A stretch of DNA of 64,000 bases from positions 116,622,001-116,686,000 of the forward strand of contig NC_135888.1 in NCBI RefSeq assembly GCF_964194155.1, in the 5' to 3' direction. Each line of letters starts with the position of its first letter. Within the stretch, counting starts at the first letter, position 1. Shown one piece after another: positions 61,735 to 64,000 of the stretch. Position numbers and translations under genes: made by a program. The notes under the pieces were generated by a model. That model saw nothing but the letters and a program-made list of their open reading frames with translations, made no database searches and was not told where the DNA came from. The stretch is from Cetorhinus maximus (taxonomy: Eukaryota).

Positions 61735-62255
61735 TATAGCTTCCTTCAGTCCGATAAAGAACCATTCACCACTACTTTGTTTCCTGTCACTCAGCCAACT
61801 TCTTATCCATGCTGCCACTGTCCCTTTTATTCCACAGGATTCAACTTCGTTGATTAGCTTGTTACGTGGCACTTTATCAAATGACTTTTGGAAGTCCATG
61901 TACATCACATCAATCACATTACCCTCAACCTTCTATTACTTCATAACAAAAAAATCAAGTTAGCTACACACTATTTTCCCTTAACAAATCAGTGCTGGCC
62001 TTCCTTAATTAATCCACATTTGTCCAAGTGTCTGTCCCGAATTACCATTTCTAAAAGTTCTCCCGCCACAGAGGTTAAACTGACTGGCATACAGTTGCTG
62101 GACTTATCCTTACACACTTTTTTTAAAAAAAAACAATCATGTAAAATTTGTAAACCTCCAGTCCTCTGGCACCACTCATGTCTATGGGGGGTTGGCAATT
62201 AAGGCCAGTACCACTGCAATTTCTATCCTTACTTTTCTCAGCATCCTTGGGTGTA
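61735..62255 (-). mobile_element. CR1 LINE RT fragment (upstream continuation of 57060-57990)
   Basis: DVMYMDFQKSFDKVP, WIRSWLSDRKQ, PVSLTSVAGELLE. Confidence 0.9.
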
Positions 62256-62269
62256 TTTCACATCACCTC

Positions 62270-63840
62270 TGGAATTCCGCCCCCATGTCCATATTTGAAC
62301 CAAGGCTGTACTGAGATTTGGAGCCAAGTAGGACTGGCGAAAACTAAACTGTGCATTTGTGAGATTATTGATGATTACGTGTTGCTTGATCGATGATTCC
62401 TTCCATCACCTTGGCGATGAATGCAGAATGGGGCAAAATTAGCTTGATTGGATTTGTCTTGCTTTTTGTAAACTGTGCATACCCAGACGATTTCCCATTT
62501 TGTCAGGTAGATGTCAATGTTGTAGACTGACTGGAACAAGGCATACCTGGTTCTGAAGTACAAGTCTTCAGCATTATGACTGGGTTGTTATGGGGCCCAT
62601 AACCTTTGCTGTAGCCAGTATGTTCAGCTGCATATTGTTACGACATGGGCTGTATTGGATTGGTTGGAAGACTGGCTTTTGAGAGACCATGGAAGTGGCT
62701 GAGATGGATCATGCACTGGGCACTTCTGCTTGAAAACGGTTATAAATGCTTCAGTTTTGCCTTTTGCACTGATGATAGGTTCCACCATCATTCTGGATGT
62801 GTATGTTCATGGACAACCTCTTTACGCTAGGTTTAATTGTCCAGCTCCTTTCACAACTGATGTGGTATGACTGCAGAATTTCAATCTGATCCACTGGTTG
62901 TGGGATTCTCTACTCTCTATAGCATACAGCTTTTGCTGTTCAGTAGAAACGTAGTCCGTGGTGTAGTTTCACCAGGATAGGATAACACATCATTTTTAGT
63001 TATGCCTGGTGCTGCTCTCCTACATTCCTTGTTGAACCAGATTGGTCCCCTGGCTTGAGGGCAACAGTACAGAGTGTGATATGCCAGGCCATGAGGTTAC
63101 AGTTGTGCCAGAATACAATGCTGCTGTTGATGCCCCACAGCACCTCATAGGTGCCCCAGTTCTGAGCTGTTAAGATTTATTTTTACCCTATTTAGCACAT
63201 TGACTGTGTCACATGACATGGAGGTGACCTTAGTGTGAAGGTGAGAGTTGGTCTCCACAGGGATTGTGTGGTGGCCACTCCTACCAATACTGTCATGGAC
63301 AGATGATTCTGCAACAGTAGATTGGCGAAGATGAGGTCAAGTAGGTTTTGTCACCACCTGCTGGAGACCCAGTCCGGGACTCAGCCATCTAAGCCAATAG
63401 CGGTGCTACCAAACCTTCACCAGCATTGAAGTACCTCTCGCAGAGTACATGTAATGCTCTTGCTACAGTCAGTGCTTCTTCCAAGTGGTAATCAGCATGG
63501 TGGTGTACTGATTCATTAGCTGAGGGAGGGTGGTATGTGGTAATCAAAGGAGGTTTCCTTCCCCGTATTTGATAATACTACAAGACTTTATGGGGTCCAG
63601 AGACAACGTGAGGGTTCTTAGGGCCACTCCATCCTGACTATGTGCCACTGAGTCGCCAACTCTAATGGGTCTGTTGTGCTGGTGGGACGAGGCATACTCA
63701 GGAATGGGTGATGGAGGAGTCTGGGATGTTGGGGTAATTTTGAGAGTTGACTAGTTTGTGGGAGCGTTCTAATTTTGGCGCTAGTCCACAAATGTTAATC
63801 AAGAGAACTTTGCAGGACTGACTGGGTGGGACGAGCCCAA
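62270..63840 (-). mobile_element. Older decayed copy of the tRNA-headed LINE family (APE to RT N-terminal region)
   Basis: Reverse complement is colinear with about 49230-50900 (VYKKQDKSNQAN; 'ccatgacagtattggtaggagtggccacc'; 'cctccctcagctaatgaatcagt'). Confidence 0.82.
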
Positions 63841-64000
63841 GCAATACTAAGAATTAGCACATTATTCAAAATGTAGTACCAGATAAGCAAACTTCCAATT
63901 TAAAAATCAAGATCAGATTCCAGACTGATGTATTAACATTGATGAAATGCCTTTGCTGAAGCATTCAAAAAGCATTACGTGCTCTCCTGTTAGTGTTTCA

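Noticed and set aside
1-64000. Prokaryotic-type systems (CRISPR arrays, operons, retrons, defence islands) or an intact active transposon
   Set aside because: The sequence is vertebrate intron/exon DNA with no regularly spaced repeats; all RT, integrase and endonuclease ORFs are broken TE relics.

Overview
Eukaryotic (vertebrate) genomic DNA. The repeat families (CR1, L2, Penelope, Deu-type SINEs) point to a cartilaginous fish, probably a shark. The window holds the 5' half of an AFF4 gene (AF4/FMR2 family, super elongation complex scaffold) on the minus strand. I reconstructed 11 GT-AG coding exons between 47647 and 3292, totalling 1473 nt (491 codons) and splicing into one open frame; the gene continues beyond position 1. 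Two exons are absent from human AFF4 as I remember it: an upstream exon adding MASQTGN, and a 27-nt micro-exon whose skipping creates a TGA at the junction. The introns are filled with decayed transposable elements: a Gmr1-type Gypsy element (integrase before RT), two inverted Penelope structures with hammerhead-ribozyme relics, CR1 and L2 LINEs, Tigger-like MITEs and SINEs. The most unusual repeat is a near full-length APE-RT LINE that starts directly with a tRNA-derived Pol III head, has no ORF1, and has SINE-sized derivatives in the same window. Almost all ORFs in the supplied track are TE fragments or noise. TE boundaries are approximate; exon boundaries were read base by base.
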